The notes under the pieces are model-generated. The model did not search any database. It saw only the letters and a list, made by a program, of their open reading frames with translations, and was not told the origin of the DNA. DNA of 64,000 nt from Shigella phage ESh15: the sequence record ON528725; one strand, written 5' to 3'. Shown here one piece after another: positions 39,389 to 48,977 of this stretch. Position 1 is the first letter of the stretch. Every line of letters starts with the position of its first letter. The translations under genes and the position numbers were made by a program.

Positions 39389-39703
39389 TTATTCTTTAGG
39401 GAAGTTTTTAGAGTATGCGTCATAAAGTTTATTACCGATGCGACGGAAGACTTTAGCTGCAAAACGGTTTTCAGGGTTTTTAATCATGATTTGCATCATG
39501 TAAGTTCCTGCATCCGAAAGAGCTTCTTCATAGTACCCGTTAATTTCTTTAAGAGTCCTACGTTTACCACCAGGACCATCAACAGTAATTTTCCATTTAC
39601 CTGTAGAAGTGCGGCTCGGTGGCTCAACTTGTTCAATCCAAATATAACCACCTTCAACGCGTTGGTTGGCGGATTCTGCAATAAATTCTTTATACGTTTT
39701 CAT
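39389..39703 (-). CDS. internal protein with capsid-targeting sequence
   Basis: N-terminus MKTYKEFIAE. Confidence 0.7.
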   Translation of the reverse strand: MKTYKEFIAESANQRVEGGYIWIEQVEPPSRTSTGKWKITVDGPGGKRRTLKEINGYYEEALSDAGTYMMQIMIKNPENRFAAKVFRRIGNKLYDAYSKNFPKE

Positions 39704-39766
39704 TTTTGTTTCCTTGTTTGTTTTGATAGAGTAATTATACCATATTAATACTTAAGCGTAAACAAT

Positions 39767-40027
39767 TTAAGCTTTACCGCCAGAAATAATTCCGAAGTTG
39801 TTAAAATCGTATCCAATATCGTCAACATCTACTTTAGGACTTGCTACAACATAAGCAATTTCACTACGTTTTGCATAGGTGTTGATTTCTTTACCATCGC
39901 CACCTAAGAAAGAATACCCATTACGTTTTAATGAGCCAAAGTCTTCCTCATCACCAATGAAAGCTTTAACTTTAAATTTTGGGTCTTTGGCATCTGCTTC
40001 AGTGATAAATTCTTGATACATTTTCAT
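39767..40027 (-). CDS. internal protein with capsid-targeting sequence
   Basis: N-terminus MKMYQEFITE. Confidence 0.65.
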   Translation of the reverse strand: MKMYQEFITEADAKDPKFKVKAFIGDEEDFGSLKRNGYSFLGGDGKEINTYAKRSEIAYVVASPKVDVDDIGYDFNNFGIISGGKA

Positions 40028-40033
40028 TTTTCC

Positions 40034-40447
40034 TTAGTAAATTGATTTACCATAGTATTTGTACCAAGTCGGACGTTGAGCAATTTTTTCATCTAAGCGT
40101 GCTTGACTTATCGCAATGGACGCTTCGGACGGGACATAATTATTACGAAATTCGGCAGGGATGTCGGAAATATCCTGGACAGTCGTGTCCTTGATTTTGA
40201 AACCACGTTTCAAACATTCAGCGATTAGCTCGATTTGGCGTAAACGTAAAAATTCGAGTTTGTCGTAAAAGAATGTTACGTGACCCTTGCCTAAGATAAA
40301 TGTTGGAGAGATTTTAAAATCCTTTACACGTTTACCGTTTTGAACATGTTTACGGACTGCACCAAATACGCGTGGTAATTCACGATACTCAGCCATAAGA
40401 TGTTGGTCGGTCAGTTCAGAAACAAGTGTTAAATTGATACGAGTCAT
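40034..40447 (-). CDS. denV: endonuclease V (pyrimidine dimer DNA glycosylase)
   Basis: 137 aa from [34 protein letters not shown], matches T4 DenV. Confidence 0.92.
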   Translation of the reverse strand: MTRINLTLVSELTDQHLMAEYRELPRVFGAVRKHVQNGKRVKDFKISPTFILGKGHVTFFYDKLEFLRLRQIELIAECLKRGFKIKDTTVQDISDIPAEFRNNYVPSEASIAISQARLDEKIAQRPTWYKYYGKSIY

Positions 40448-40450
40448 AAT

Positions 40451-40504
40451 TTCCTCCAAGTAGTTGATGAATGTATAGTATCAAAACCCTTGGAGGAAGT
40501 AAAC
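40451..40504 (-). promoter_or_regulatory. promoter enclosed by 10-bp SD/anti-SD inverted repeat upstream of denV
   Basis: minus-strand GTTTAC-TTCCTCCAAG ... CTTGGAGGAA-ATT-ATG. Confidence 0.5.
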
Positions 40505-40505
40505 A

Positions 40506-40787
40506 CTATTTTTCTGAAGCGCCTGAAATATATTTTTCAAGACGTTGTTTCATCAGCGAGCCGTTCTTAGCGATTTCTTCCGGTTTATCGCACATACGCA
40601 ACAACGCTTCAAGCTTAACGATATCACTGGTGCGCTCAAATTTGCGAGTATCTATCTTACTGGCAAGTTCAGAAATACGTGCTAATAGACTTTCAGCTTC
40701 GACCAAAGCTGCACCTAGCTTAGTTGCAAATGTGTCAGTAGCTTCGTTAAGAATAGATTCTGATAAAAATTCACTATATGTTTTCAT
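40506..40787 (-). CDS. internal protein with capsid-targeting sequence
   Basis: N-terminus [10 protein letters not shown] from internal Met; ATGA overlap with lysozyme stop. Confidence 0.65.
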   Translation of the reverse strand: MKTYSEFLSESILNEATDTFATKLGAALVEAESLLARISELASKIDTRKFERTSDIVKLEALLRMCDKPEEIAKNGSLMKQRLEKYISGASEK

Positions 40788-41272
40788 ATATACGCTTTCC
40801 AAGTTCCTGTTTTAAATGTTGAGATTACGCGTTTCGCGCGATTAGGTGTCTGACGATACCATTTAGATTGGGCTAGATTTACTGCCGCTTCGTCCCAACG
40901 TTTCTGTTGAAGCATACGAAGAGAATTAGTAAAACCGGCGACGCCTGCTACACCCATTTGGAAGACCATATTGACTAATGCACATCGACGAACTGCGTCT
41001 AAAGAATCATATACCGGTTTAAGTTTAGCATTACCCAAGATTCCGCGAACGGCTTTATCAACATCTTCATTAAATAGCTTTTCAGCCTCATCAAGGGTAA
41101 TTGTACCGTTGCATTTACGACCGATCATTCTGTCAAGTTCAGTTTTAGCTACGGCTAAAGACGGGTTCTTTGTTACCAAATGGCCTATGCCAATAGTCCA
41201 AAAGCCTTCGGTGTCTTTGTATAAAGTCAGTCTAAGACCTTCGTCATTACGAAGCATTTCAAATATATTCAT
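40784..41272 (-). CDS. e: lysozyme (endolysin)
   Basis: [33 protein letters not shown]4 lysozyme catalytic E11/D20/T26 context. Confidence 0.95.
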   Translation of the reverse strand: MNIFEMLRNDEGLRLTLYKDTEGFWTIGIGHLVTKNPSLAVAKTELDRMIGRKCNGTITLDEAEKLFNEDVDKAVRGILGNAKLKPVYDSLDAVRRCALVNMVFQMGVAGVAGFTNSLRMLQQKRWDEAAVNLAQSKWYRQTPNRAKRVISTFKTGTWKAYI

Positions 41273-41273
41273 A

Positions 41274-41299
41274 ATACCTCCCACGTTTATAGGAGGTAT
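41274..41299 (-). promoter_or_regulatory. RBS-sequestering hairpin upstream of lysozyme with late-promoter-like loop
   Basis: minus-strand AUACCUCC-UAUAAACGUG-GGAGGUAU then ATG; loop carries TATAAA. Confidence 0.55.
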
Positions 41300-41306
41300 T
41301 TATTAC

Positions 41307-41765
41307 TTATAGGAGGGTAGTGAGCACCTTATATAATGATTTGCCCATCACATATTCCCATTGAGAAGGTTTAATTAAAGCGAATGCATCAAATTCAGGA
41401 ATTTGTCGTCCGTCTGGGAATGTATGATAGGAATTACAAACACTGTTTCTGAATTGCTCGTGCTCTACAGGGATGGTATATAGGAACAGATGAATATTCT
41501 TATTGTCTGAGTAATGATGTTCACCTAGGTCTTTCAGGAAGGCAGGGTCATATTGTGTAAACCCAGTTTCTTCTTCGCATTCACGAATAGCGGCTTCGAT
41601 AGGAGATTCGCCGGGTTCGACACGGCCTTTAGGAATATCCCACCGATGAGCTAAAGAACCTTTAGGACGAGAACCAGTTACACGCCCCATGAATAACTCT
41701 TTATCTTTTGTCATGAAGATAATACCGGCTGATAGTTCTTTCACTTTATTTTTCTTACTCATCAT
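41307..41765 (-). CDS. nudE: Nudix hydrolase
   Basis: 152 aa; Nudix box GRVEPGESPIEAAIRECEEETG. Confidence 0.85.
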   Translation of the reverse strand: MMSKKNKVKELSAGIIFMTKDKELFMGRVTGSRPKGSLAHRWDIPKGRVEPGESPIEAAIRECEEETGFTQYDPAFLKDLGEHHYSDNKNIHLFLYTIPVEHEQFRNSVCNSYHTFPDGRQIPEFDAFALIKPSQWEYVMGKSLYKVLTTLL

Positions 41766-42006
41766 CTCGGTCCCATGATTTGGCCATTAATTCGGACATA
41801 AATTCTTCAATGCGCGTTTCTTTAGATGGACTTTCACTATTAGAGACCGCAAGTTTGTAATCTGCAATAGGACTGAACAAATCAAGGTCCATATTAAGAT
41901 CGTCTTTGATTTTTTCTTCTGACACATCTTTATCATATGTGTACAGATAACTATCACATGATTCTGATTTAATGTAAATTGCTATACTCATCTCAAATTC
42001 CTGCAT
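41755..42006 (-). CDS. hypothetical acidic protein
   Basis: 83 aa ORF. Confidence 0.4.
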   Translation of the reverse strand: MQEFEMSIAIYIKSESCDSYLYTYDKDVSEEKIKDDLNMDLDLFSPIADYKLAVSNSESPSKETRIEEFMSELMAKSWDRDDE

Positions 42007-42479
42007 TCGGTAATAAAACGTTCAACTTCATTATTCTTGGCCTTTATCTTGTCTTTACGTTCCTGTAAACTACTTTTAACAAGATTAATAATGATGCCTA
42101 TAGTACCTCCACCAATAATACCACCAATAATACTTACGATAGTAGATGCTAATAAGATAGCGATAATATCTGGTATGGCAAAGGCGCTTACTTTAGTACT
42201 AAAAAACCATACCGATGGTACAAATATAATCCATCCTGTTATCCATTGGCACTTATTGAAAAACTTTTCAAGCTCAGCTTGAGTTGTTCGTATTACTTCA
42301 TCGATAGGTTGATATCCATTAATGTATCTGTTCACAATAATACCTGCTGGCTGGTCGATTTTAAATTCTTGGCAAATACGTTTCACTAAGTAGGATGGAC
42401 ATCCTGTCCAATCCACTGAATAGTACGAAATACCTTCGTTGCCGTCGTCAATATTAGACCAATATGTTTTGTTAATCAT
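41988..42479 (-). CDS. membrane-anchored hypothetical protein
   Basis: 163 aa; C-terminal hydrophobic Gly/Ile-rich segments. Confidence 0.45.
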   Translation of the reverse strand: MINKTYWSNIDDGNEGISYYSVDWTGCPSYLVKRICQEFKIDQPAGIIVNRYINGYQPIDEVIRTTQAELEKFFNKCQWITGWIIFVPSVWFFSTKVSAFAIPDIIAILLASTIVSIIGGIIGGGTIGIIINLVKSSLQERKDKIKAKNNEVERFITECRNLR

Positions 42480-43165
42480 TACCAGCCTTCCATAGGGAAT
42501 TCCAGATAAACTTGAGCATTGACACGAATTTCATTAGTAATCTTTTTAACTCGGTCTGTATTACGAGATACACGTCCGAACCAACGCCATCCGTTACTAA
42601 TTGCACGAGAACCAGTGTGCCATGTTTGCCAATCAAACTGAAGAAGAGTACGGTCTGGAGCTTCCCATTTCTCTAGTTCACCTTTTTCAATTTTTTCGAG
42701 GACTTCTTTGTGCCACTGGCGATAGATAAGTTCGCCATCAGGAATCTGACTGAACTCTGCAGTTCCTGTTGCAAAATGAGTAGGACACACGTCAGCGTTA
42801 ACAAGACCAAGAATATGTTCAGAATGGTAACGAGGGTTGTCATAGTCAGGTTGTCCTGCAGTAATAAAGTGTTGACCAACCGGAATATCCGGGCGTGGTA
42901 CATCGTCATGGTGATAACCTGGTATAGCAGGGTACCAACCAGGCATCAGCATATGAACCCGAGAATCAAATACAACCTGGTCGGTGTTCCAATCATCTGG
43001 CAAGTTCATGATGAAGCTGCGAGTAATAGGACCGCCGTTATTATAAGCAAATTCTAAACTACAGTTGAAGAACATAGGCTCGTTCTTGATTTTATCATTA
43101 GAAATACCGCCGGCAAAACCACCTACTGCACGAGCTTGACTATTAAACACTTTAGAACTATTCAT
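42479..43165 (-). CDS. hypothetical protein
   Basis: 228 aa ORF, His/Asp-rich patches; no firm family. Confidence 0.45.
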   Translation of the reverse strand: MNSSKVFNSQARAVGGFAGGISNDKIKNEPMFFNCSLEFAYNNGGPITRSFIMNLPDDWNTDQVVFDSRVHMLMPGWYPAIPGYHHDDVPRPDIPVGQHFITAGQPDYDNPRYHSEHILGLVNADVCPTHFATGTAEFSQIPDGELIYRQWHKEVLEKIEKGELEKWEAPDRTLLQFDWQTWHTGSRAISNGWRWFGRVSRNTDRVKKITNEIRVNAQVYLEFPMEGW

Positions 43166-43166
43166 A

Positions 43167-43472
43167 TTATTTTCCTCGACATTCTTTAATGAAATTTTCT
43201 AGATTGGTAGATTCAATAGCTTTTTTACGAGCTTCTGCATGTTCTTCTTCAGACAATTTACATTTATAATTAACCCAGACGTTATGGTCAAAACTAGTCG
43301 TGGCATATAATAACAAAGCCCCGACGAATAATAAAAACGGTGATAAGAATACAAAACCAGGAACACCATCCATATCGTAAGCCTTTTGTAATACTGCAAC
43401 AGAAAGAGTTGCGTAAAAAGGTGATGCAAATATTGTTAAAAGACCAATTCGGTTGGTTTCTGTTAATTTCAT
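43167..43472 (-). CDS. membrane protein
   Basis: 101 aa, two hydrophobic helices, GAGGAGAA RBS. Confidence 0.5.
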   Translation of the reverse strand: MKLTETNRIGLLTIFASPFYATLSVAVLQKAYDMDGVPGFVFLSPFLLFVGALLLYATTSFDHNVWVNYKCKLSEEEHAEARKKAIESTNLENFIKECRGK

Positions 43473-43542
43473 AATATTCTCCTCATGTTTTAATAGGACT
43501 ACTATAACATAGTCCTATAATTGTGTAAACAGTTTTGTGAAG

Positions 43543-44499
43543 TTATTTGAAAGGTTTTACCATATGGAAATTTTGTTTGAAACGTTTTACATAATCGTCA
43601 TGTCCTAAGCTTTGGTACATACTTACAACTTTGCTGTAGTTTTCCCAAGCGTATTCACGGAACCAGCCTGACGTGATTGAAGTACAGACCTTTTCAAGAG
43701 CCATCATAAAACTATCACGTGGATGGATTTTAAAGTCATTAGGAATCTGAGAACGTTCTAATGCTAGTACACATGATTCTTCGTATACACCGGCCAATTT
43801 GACCATTTCTGGTAATGATTCGAACTTCTCGCGTGAGGTCATGACTTCAGAACCATCTTTCATGTAAAACGTATAAGCAGGGCGGTCTGTTAGTGCAATG
43901 GCTTCGTGAATAGTATCATGATCGTATGTGTAGATGTCATCTTTAAAGAATGCGCTTTTAGAAGTGTCAAGAACCGGGTGAGCATAGTTCAATGTTTCTT
44001 TCTGGCGTTTAAGCATAATTTCAGTAAGTTCATCGTTCAGTGTAACACCTTTACCACGAAGATACTGAATATGGTTCATAGTCTTTAAAAAGAATGGATT
44101 ATTTTTCTTGAAACGATGAGACATCTTAATTGCAAGACACATCTCAGGAGTTGCCCAGTAAAACCCGTTCAAACGATCTTTAGTCAAATTTTTCTTGGCG
44201 TATTTTAAAAGGTCATAAGAAGACGTGAAATCTTCAGGAGTGAGTTCACCAACTAATTCACGGACATTAGTGATTGCCGGAACAATATATGCTTCAAAAT
44301 GAGTTTCGCGTCCATTATGGAAGCATTTGAAAACTTGGACATCAGGGTTATCTTGGTGAACATATACACCCATCATTTGATTTTTGAATGCATTCCAAGA
44401 ACCTTGGTCCGCAATAAAGTCCCAATCACTATTTTTGATAGCGCTAGAATCAATAAGGCCGTGATAGTGAAGTGCACGAGAACCAATAACTAACATCAT
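43543..44499 (-). CDS. hypothetical protein
   Basis: 318 aa ORF. Confidence 0.5.
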   Translation of the reverse strand: MMLVIGSRALHYHGLIDSSAIKNSDWDFIADQGSWNAFKNQMMGVYVHQDNPDVQVFKCFHNGRETHFEAYIVPAITNVRELVGELTPEDFTSSYDLLKYAKKNLTKDRLNGFYWATPEMCLAIKMSHRFKKNNPFFLKTMNHIQYLRGKGVTLNDELTEIMLKRQKETLNYAHPVLDTSKSAFFKDDIYTYDHDTIHEAIALTDRPAYTFYMKDGSEVMTSREKFESLPEMVKLAGVYEESCVLALERSQIPNDFKIHPRDSFMMALEKVCTSITSGWFREYAWENYSKVVSMYQSLGHDDYVKRFKQNFHMVKPFK

Positions 44500-44524
44500 A
44501 ATAATTTCCTCAAATTTAGATTAC

Positions 44525-44776
44525 TTAAATTTCACGACATGCGATATTATATTCATCCCAGAGGTCATCATGTGAAGCCTCTACCAATGGAACGATTGTA
44601 CCATTTATGTCTTCATTATAAGGACAAATTGTACAGTGCGCATCTTCGAATCGGATGCCTTTGTGTTCAGATTTTTTATAACGCATATCGAATATCTTTG
44701 CAAACTTTTCACGAGTAATAGTTTTAGCAACTACTTCGGTTCCGATACTTTCGTAATAAATCATTGTGGACTCCAT
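44525..44776 (-). CDS. hypothetical protein
   Basis: 83 aa ORF. Confidence 0.4.
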   Translation of the reverse strand: MESTMIYYESIGTEVVAKTITREKFAKIFDMRYKKSEHKGIRFEDAHCTICPYNEDINGTIVPLVEASHDDLWDEYNIACREI

Positions 44777-44827
44777 TTAATTTGATAGGACTACTATAAC
44801 ATAGCCCTATCTTGTTGTAAACTGTTT

Positions 44828-45025
44828 TTAGCAAGAATAACTAGATGATACCCAGCCTTGAACAGTAATACTATTATTTGATAACGAGATCGCGTCCTGG
44901 AGATTCAGACCTGCGTTATCTTCAATCCATAATGTAACTTCTTCGCGTTCTTCTGTTGCAATTTGGAACAGGTTTTCCAGAGCAGCTACTGCCGTACGTA
45001 CAGCACAATCTAATTCACGAGACAT
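44828..45025 (-). CDS. small protein, paralog family with C-terminal WVSSS..C
   Basis: 65 aa ending GWVSSSYSC. Confidence 0.45.
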   Translation of the reverse strand: MSRELDCAVRTAVAALENLFQIATEEREEVTLWIEDNAGLNLQDAISLSNNSITVQGWVSSSYSC

Positions 45026-45034
45026 ATTGTTTCC

Positions 45035-45307
45035 TTAGCAAGTGTGAGAAGATGCAACCCAACCGCCATCTTCAAGGCTCAGGTTGTAGTCGTATTGGTA
45101 AACGTCAGCCCATTCAGCATAGCCGTTTTTTGTACAACGTTCAAGATCGGCTTTAAGATGTCCTGGTGAATGATAGGTTCCACCCATACCATAAGCTGGA
45201 TACAAGTCAAATGTTGTGTTTTGTTTATTGGCAATTTCTTTGGCTGCCTCAATAGCTGCATAGATTTTTGCTACGGCTTCAGCCAGTTCGGTTTGTTCTT
45301 TAGACAT
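45035..45307 (-). CDS. small protein, paralog family with C-terminal WVSSS..C
   Basis: 90 aa ending GGWVASSHTC. Confidence 0.45.
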   Translation of the reverse strand: MSKEQTELAEAVAKIYAAIEAAKEIANKQNTTFDLYPAYGMGGTYHSPGHLKADLERCTKNGYAEWADVYQYDYNLSLEDGGWVASSHTC

Positions 45308-45316
45308 AATGATTCC

Positions 45317-45622
45317 TTAGCACAATGCAGAAGACGAAACCCAAGCACCTTCAGTAATAACGTAACCATTACCTTCACGCTTAACGTCGCCACCATTATT
45401 TTCAATTTCATTTTTCATCCACTGGGATACGATTTCACCCTTAGGATAATAAGTACGACCGCTACCATAATCACCTACAGAAAATGATACAGCATATTGG
45501 TCTGCGATCTTTGTTGCTTCTTCTTCGATACGTTCAGCTTGATTCAGAAGTTTATAAATTGCATCTGAAGCGGATTTGGCATCATTAAACTCTGGCACTT
45601 TAATTTCAATAATCTTACTCAT
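45317..45622 (-). CDS. small protein, paralog family with C-terminal WVSSS..C
   Basis: 101 aa ending GAWVSSSALC. Confidence 0.45.
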   Translation of the reverse strand: MSKIIEIKVPEFNDAKSASDAIYKLLNQAERIEEEATKIADQYAVSFSVGDYGSGRTYYPKGEIVSQWMKNEIENNGGDVKREGNGYVITEGAWVSSSALC

Positions 45623-45720
45623 TTTCTACATTCCTTAATAAAGTTTTCGATTGTTTCATTTTCACGTCTAGCTAGGAGTTCATTATAACTAATCATTTGA
45701 GAAGCGTAAACAGCATAAAT

Positions 45721-46143
45721 TCAGTTAAGGCTTTTGCATCTTATCTCCTTAACGAATTCCATGGCTTCATTGTATTCATACTTTTTAACAGCTTCATCAT
45801 ACTGAGCTTGGGCTTTTGCGCACTGAACTTTCCATTCTCTTAATCGGGCTCTGTGATGACGGCCTTGGTGCCAATATCCTGCCCAATTAATAGGCATTAA
45901 TAAAAACGGTACAATAAGTGGTGCGACGAACATTAATGAAAATGCTGCATCAGACGATATAACTTCACTAGAATCTAAAACAGCTCCTATAATCATAAAG
46001 ATTAAAAATGCTAAAGCTAAAATAGGACCAAACAACACCTCATTAGGAATTAATTTACGTTTGTATTCGTATGCCCAGGGCTTAATTGGCATGTACAGGG
46101 TTGGCTTTGACATATTCTCTACATTCCATAATAAATTGCTCAA
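45721..46143 (-). CDS. membrane protein
   Basis: 140 aa ORF; true start probably an internal Met (about 46092-46113) given overlap with upstream gene. Confidence 0.4.
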   Translation of the reverse strand: MSNLLWNVENMSKPTLYMPIKPWAYEYKRKLIPNEVLFGPILALAFLIFMIIGAVLDSSEVISSDAAFSLMFVAPLIVPFLLMPINWAGYWHQGRHHRARLREWKVQCAKAQAQYDEAVKKYEYNEAMEFVKEIRCKSLN

Positions 46144-46705
46144 GGATTAAATTGTTAGTGAAATTAGGACTAACAACCATAGTTTCATAAAGCGCATCAA
46201 TAGCACTTAAAGCATCAACTCTTTTAAGCAAAGGCTTGCCTTCATACATAGTTTCAGAATCTACGATTAGCGTAAAGTAATATTTTTTATTATCGACTAG
46301 AACTTCAGTATCGATATAAAACATGTTAGACCTTAAAAGCTTATCTCTAAAACCATAATAATCTTCAGAGCGTTCGCTGATATATTCCCATTCAGTGTTT
46401 AAACAACAAACAGACCATGTAGGAGCAACGAAATCAGTGAATCTAATATCATGGTCTGCAACTAGTTTAGCAATAGCTCCGATATCATGAATCATAATAC
46501 CTGGGGCTAATAAAGATTTTCTGCTATGGCTAGCCGTTTTCTCAGTAGTCTCATAAGAAGACGACCAGTACCATTTACGTCCGGTTGCAACATATCGTAA
46601 TGAATCAACTAAAGACGTAGGTGGATTTACCTTATCTCGGAACTCTTCGAACATTGAGTCAATATCATTATTTTGGTTTCGCATGTTAACTCCTTTATTA
46701 TCCAA
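46082..46705 (-). CDS. hypothetical protein
   Basis: 207 aa ORF. Confidence 0.5.
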   Translation of the reverse strand: MDNKGVNMRNQNNDIDSMFEEFRDKVNPPTSLVDSLRYVATGRKWYWSSSYETTEKTASHSRKSLLAPGIMIHDIGAIAKLVADHDIRFTDFVAPTWSVCCLNTEWEYISERSEDYYGFRDKLLRSNMFYIDTEVLVDNKKYYFTLIVDSETMYEGKPLLKRVDALSAIDALYETMVVSPNFTNNLILEQFIMECREYVKANPVHAN

Positions 46706-46735
46706 AAAAGGAGGACCGGAGTCCTCCGTATTATT

Positions 46736-47329
46736 TTATTTCAAAGAGTTAATATATTCTTGTACATCAGCAGAAGTTGTTTCGACACCAGCTGGAGTGC
46801 CATTGAATGTTTCAACACGAGTCAGAGTGTCTTCGATATCAACCTTAGTCAGTGCAGCAATTTCGATTACATCATCGGCCGTAGAGATACCAAGGGCATT
46901 GGCTGCTCGAGTTTCACGAATGTATTCGAGTTTGATTGCCAGATTCTGACGAGCATCATCAAGTTCAACCACCTTACGAGCAATTTCAATTCGCATAGCG
47001 GCGTACCCGTCAGCTTTTGTATTAAGTTGTTCGGCTGTTCGACGATACAGAAGTCCAAGCTTAGCATGCATGGTAACATCTTGTCCTTCAGCCAGGAGCT
47101 TACGAATTTCACGTTCTTTAGAAGCGGCTTGCTTGTTCTTTTCATTAACAAGTTCGCGAATACGTTTTTCTTCATTAATAGATTTAACAGAAGCCGTTTT
47201 TAGTTCTTTGATTTGGGTAATCAACTTATCTGCGGCTGCGTTATACTGTTCTTCGACAGTCAGATTTTTAGCCATAGCAGTACCCAGTTTAGTGCGGATG
47301 AATTCAACAAGTTTCTTCAGTGTGTTCAT
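46736..47329 (-). CDS. coiled-coil protein (PspA/IM30-like pattern, tentative)
   Basis: about 197 aa from internal Met; long heptad-rich helices. Confidence 0.35.
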   Translation of the reverse strand: MNTLKKLVEFIRTKLGTAMAKNLTVEEQYNAAADKLITQIKELKTASVKSINEEKRIRELVNEKNKQAASKEREIRKLLAEGQDVTMHAKLGLLYRRTAEQLNTKADGYAAMRIEIARKVVELDDARQNLAIKLEYIRETRAANALGISTADDVIEIAALTKVDIEDTLTRVETFNGTPAGVETTSADVQEYINSLK

Positions 47330-47370
47330 ATTATTACCTTTCAATTGGTGGTTTATTATCCAACGAGAGC

Positions 47371-47400
47371 ATTATACTCTGCTCTCAAGAGTTTGTAAAT
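47371..47400 (-). promoter_or_regulatory. sigma70-type promoter with palindrome-flanked -10 (repeat copy 2)
   Basis: minus-strand ATTTAC-N18-TATAAT; GAGAGC/GCTCTC inverted repeat around the -10. Confidence 0.45.
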
Positions 47401-47627
47401 TATTTTTTAATCAAATTGACATAAAACTTAGCGTCTTCAGGGTGCATGCCTTCGCAGTATTCTTCAACCATGAACTTCTTAACAGCTTCATAAGGACCAC
47501 TCAGATTAAGCTCAGTTGTCCAAAACTTGGAATCTTGGGCTGAATCGATATGAACTTCAGGGTGTCGGTTGCGAATAACTTCTTCGGTGTATTCATAATC
47601 AACGACATCAATACTAACTTTAGCCAT
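47400..47627 (-). CDS. hypothetical protein
   Basis: 75 aa ORF. Confidence 0.45.
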   Translation of the reverse strand: MAKVSIDVVDYEYTEEVIRNRHPEVHIDSAQDSKFWTTELNLSGPYEAVKKFMVEEYCEGMHPEDAKFYVNLIKK

Positions 47628-47906
47628 TTTGTTTTCCTCTTGATTTGATGTGATTACTATAACATAAACTTACTTAGATGTAAATTATTTCAACGTCACC
47701 TTTAGCTGCTTTATAACCTTCAGCCCAAGATATAACAGAGTTTTTATCTGAGGATTCAAATTCAGGCATTGGACTTTCACCAATATTCACACAGTATGTT
47801 TCTTCATTTTCATCGAACCAAATAATTAAAGTAGTCATTTTGTTTACTCCACTGTAGTTGATAAGTCTATAGTATCACCATCCTTGGTGCTTGTACATCA
47901 TTATTT

Positions 47907-48212
47907 TTAATTTTTCCAACTTAACAACTTGTAGTGTCCTTCATTCATACGTGGTTTATCCCAAGAAATACTAATATATGATTCGCTGTCAATAGAAGTC
48001 GCCGGGTTTTTCTCTACCGTAAGACCTTCACTTTCTAACCATTCAATAGTGTTTGCGCATAAATCTGAAGAACACCTCATCGGAAACTGGCAAGATTTTT
48101 CACCTTTAGCTGCAGTGTTATACATCTTTTCTAAAATACGCTTTTGCACGTTTTTAAAAATAGTTTCAGCAGATTCTTCAGATTTTTTATTCAGTTCAGT
48201 GTAAAGACTCAT
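47907..48212 (-). CDS. hypothetical protein
   Basis: 101 aa ORF. Confidence 0.45.
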   Translation of the reverse strand: MSLYTELNKKSEESAETIFKNVQKRILEKMYNTAAKGEKSCQFPMRCSSDLCANTIEWLESEGLTVEKNPATSIDSESYISISWDKPRMNEGHYKLLSWKN

Positions 48213-48290
48213 AATATTCTCCTCATGTTTTGATAGGTCTATAATAACACATCTATGGAAGAAGTAAACAACTTTTTCAGTAAGTTATAG

Positions 48291-48316
48291 ACCCCCTAAA
48301 GGGGACCGAAGTCCCC
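48291..48316 (-). terminator. UUCG-tetraloop hairpin (terminator/processing element), repeat family member
   Basis: minus-strand GGGGAC-UUCG-GUCCCC-UUUAGGGGG directly after the stop of the 48322..48942 gene. Confidence 0.45.
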
Positions 48317-48321
48317 ATTCT

Positions 48322-48942
48322 TTACTTACGAGTTTTTGCATACTGAGCAGCGTCAGCAGCCAAACGACCTGCCTGACGAAGTTTTTCTTTAATCTCATCA
48401 TGAAGTGGTTGAGTATACTTCAAACCTTCGATAGTCAAATAAAGACGATAAAGGTCTGGGGTATCAAGGTTGTTGATATGTTGGCCATTACGAAGAATAT
48501 TAAATTCACGAACGAGTGAAGATGTATCGGATTCAATATCACGAACAAGCGAAGATAGTTGTTTATATTTTTTTTCCAGGCTAGAAGTATCAAACTTAAG
48601 AGCAGGAGCTTTAGGAGTTGCTTTTACTTCCGGCTTAGGCTCAGGTTTTGCTTTAGGGGTCGTAGGTTTAGGAATGGTAGGAGCAGGTTTTACTTTAGGC
48701 GAACCAGATTTAGCAGAAACACCACCACTAACAATATCTTTGAATGCTTTAGAAGCTCTGTAATATTCTTTTTGGCTGGAAGTGTCGATACCGTACATGG
48801 CTTGAACGTTTTTGAAAAACTCTGTACTAGTTTTTGTACCAGAAATAGCATCGTAAGCAGCTTGCCATTTCTCTTTTGTCATACGTACACCGGCTTCGGT
48901 GATTACTTCCGTTTCGGCTAAAAATTCATTAAAAGTATACAT
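48322..48942 (-). CDS. internal-protein-like with capsid-targeting sequence
   Basis: N-terminus MYTFNEFLAE; Pro/Lys-rich linker. Confidence 0.55.
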   Translation of the reverse strand: MYTFNEFLAETEVITEAGVRMTKEKWQAAYDAISGTKTSTEFFKNVQAMYGIDTSSQKEYYRASKAFKDIVSGGVSAKSGSPKVKPAPTIPKPTTPKAKPEPKPEVKATPKAPALKFDTSSLEKKYKQLSSLVRDIESDTSSLVREFNILRNGQHINNLDTPDLYRLYLTIEGLKYTQPLHDEIKEKLRQAGRLAADAAQYAKTRK

Positions 48943-48977
48943 TGATGGTCCTTAGAAAGTAGGTTTATTGTTTACTA

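Noticed and set aside
42479-43165. Possible Fe(II)/2-oxoglutarate oxygenase (H-x-D ... H pattern)
   Set aside because: Motif spacing is not convincing by eye; left as hypothetical.
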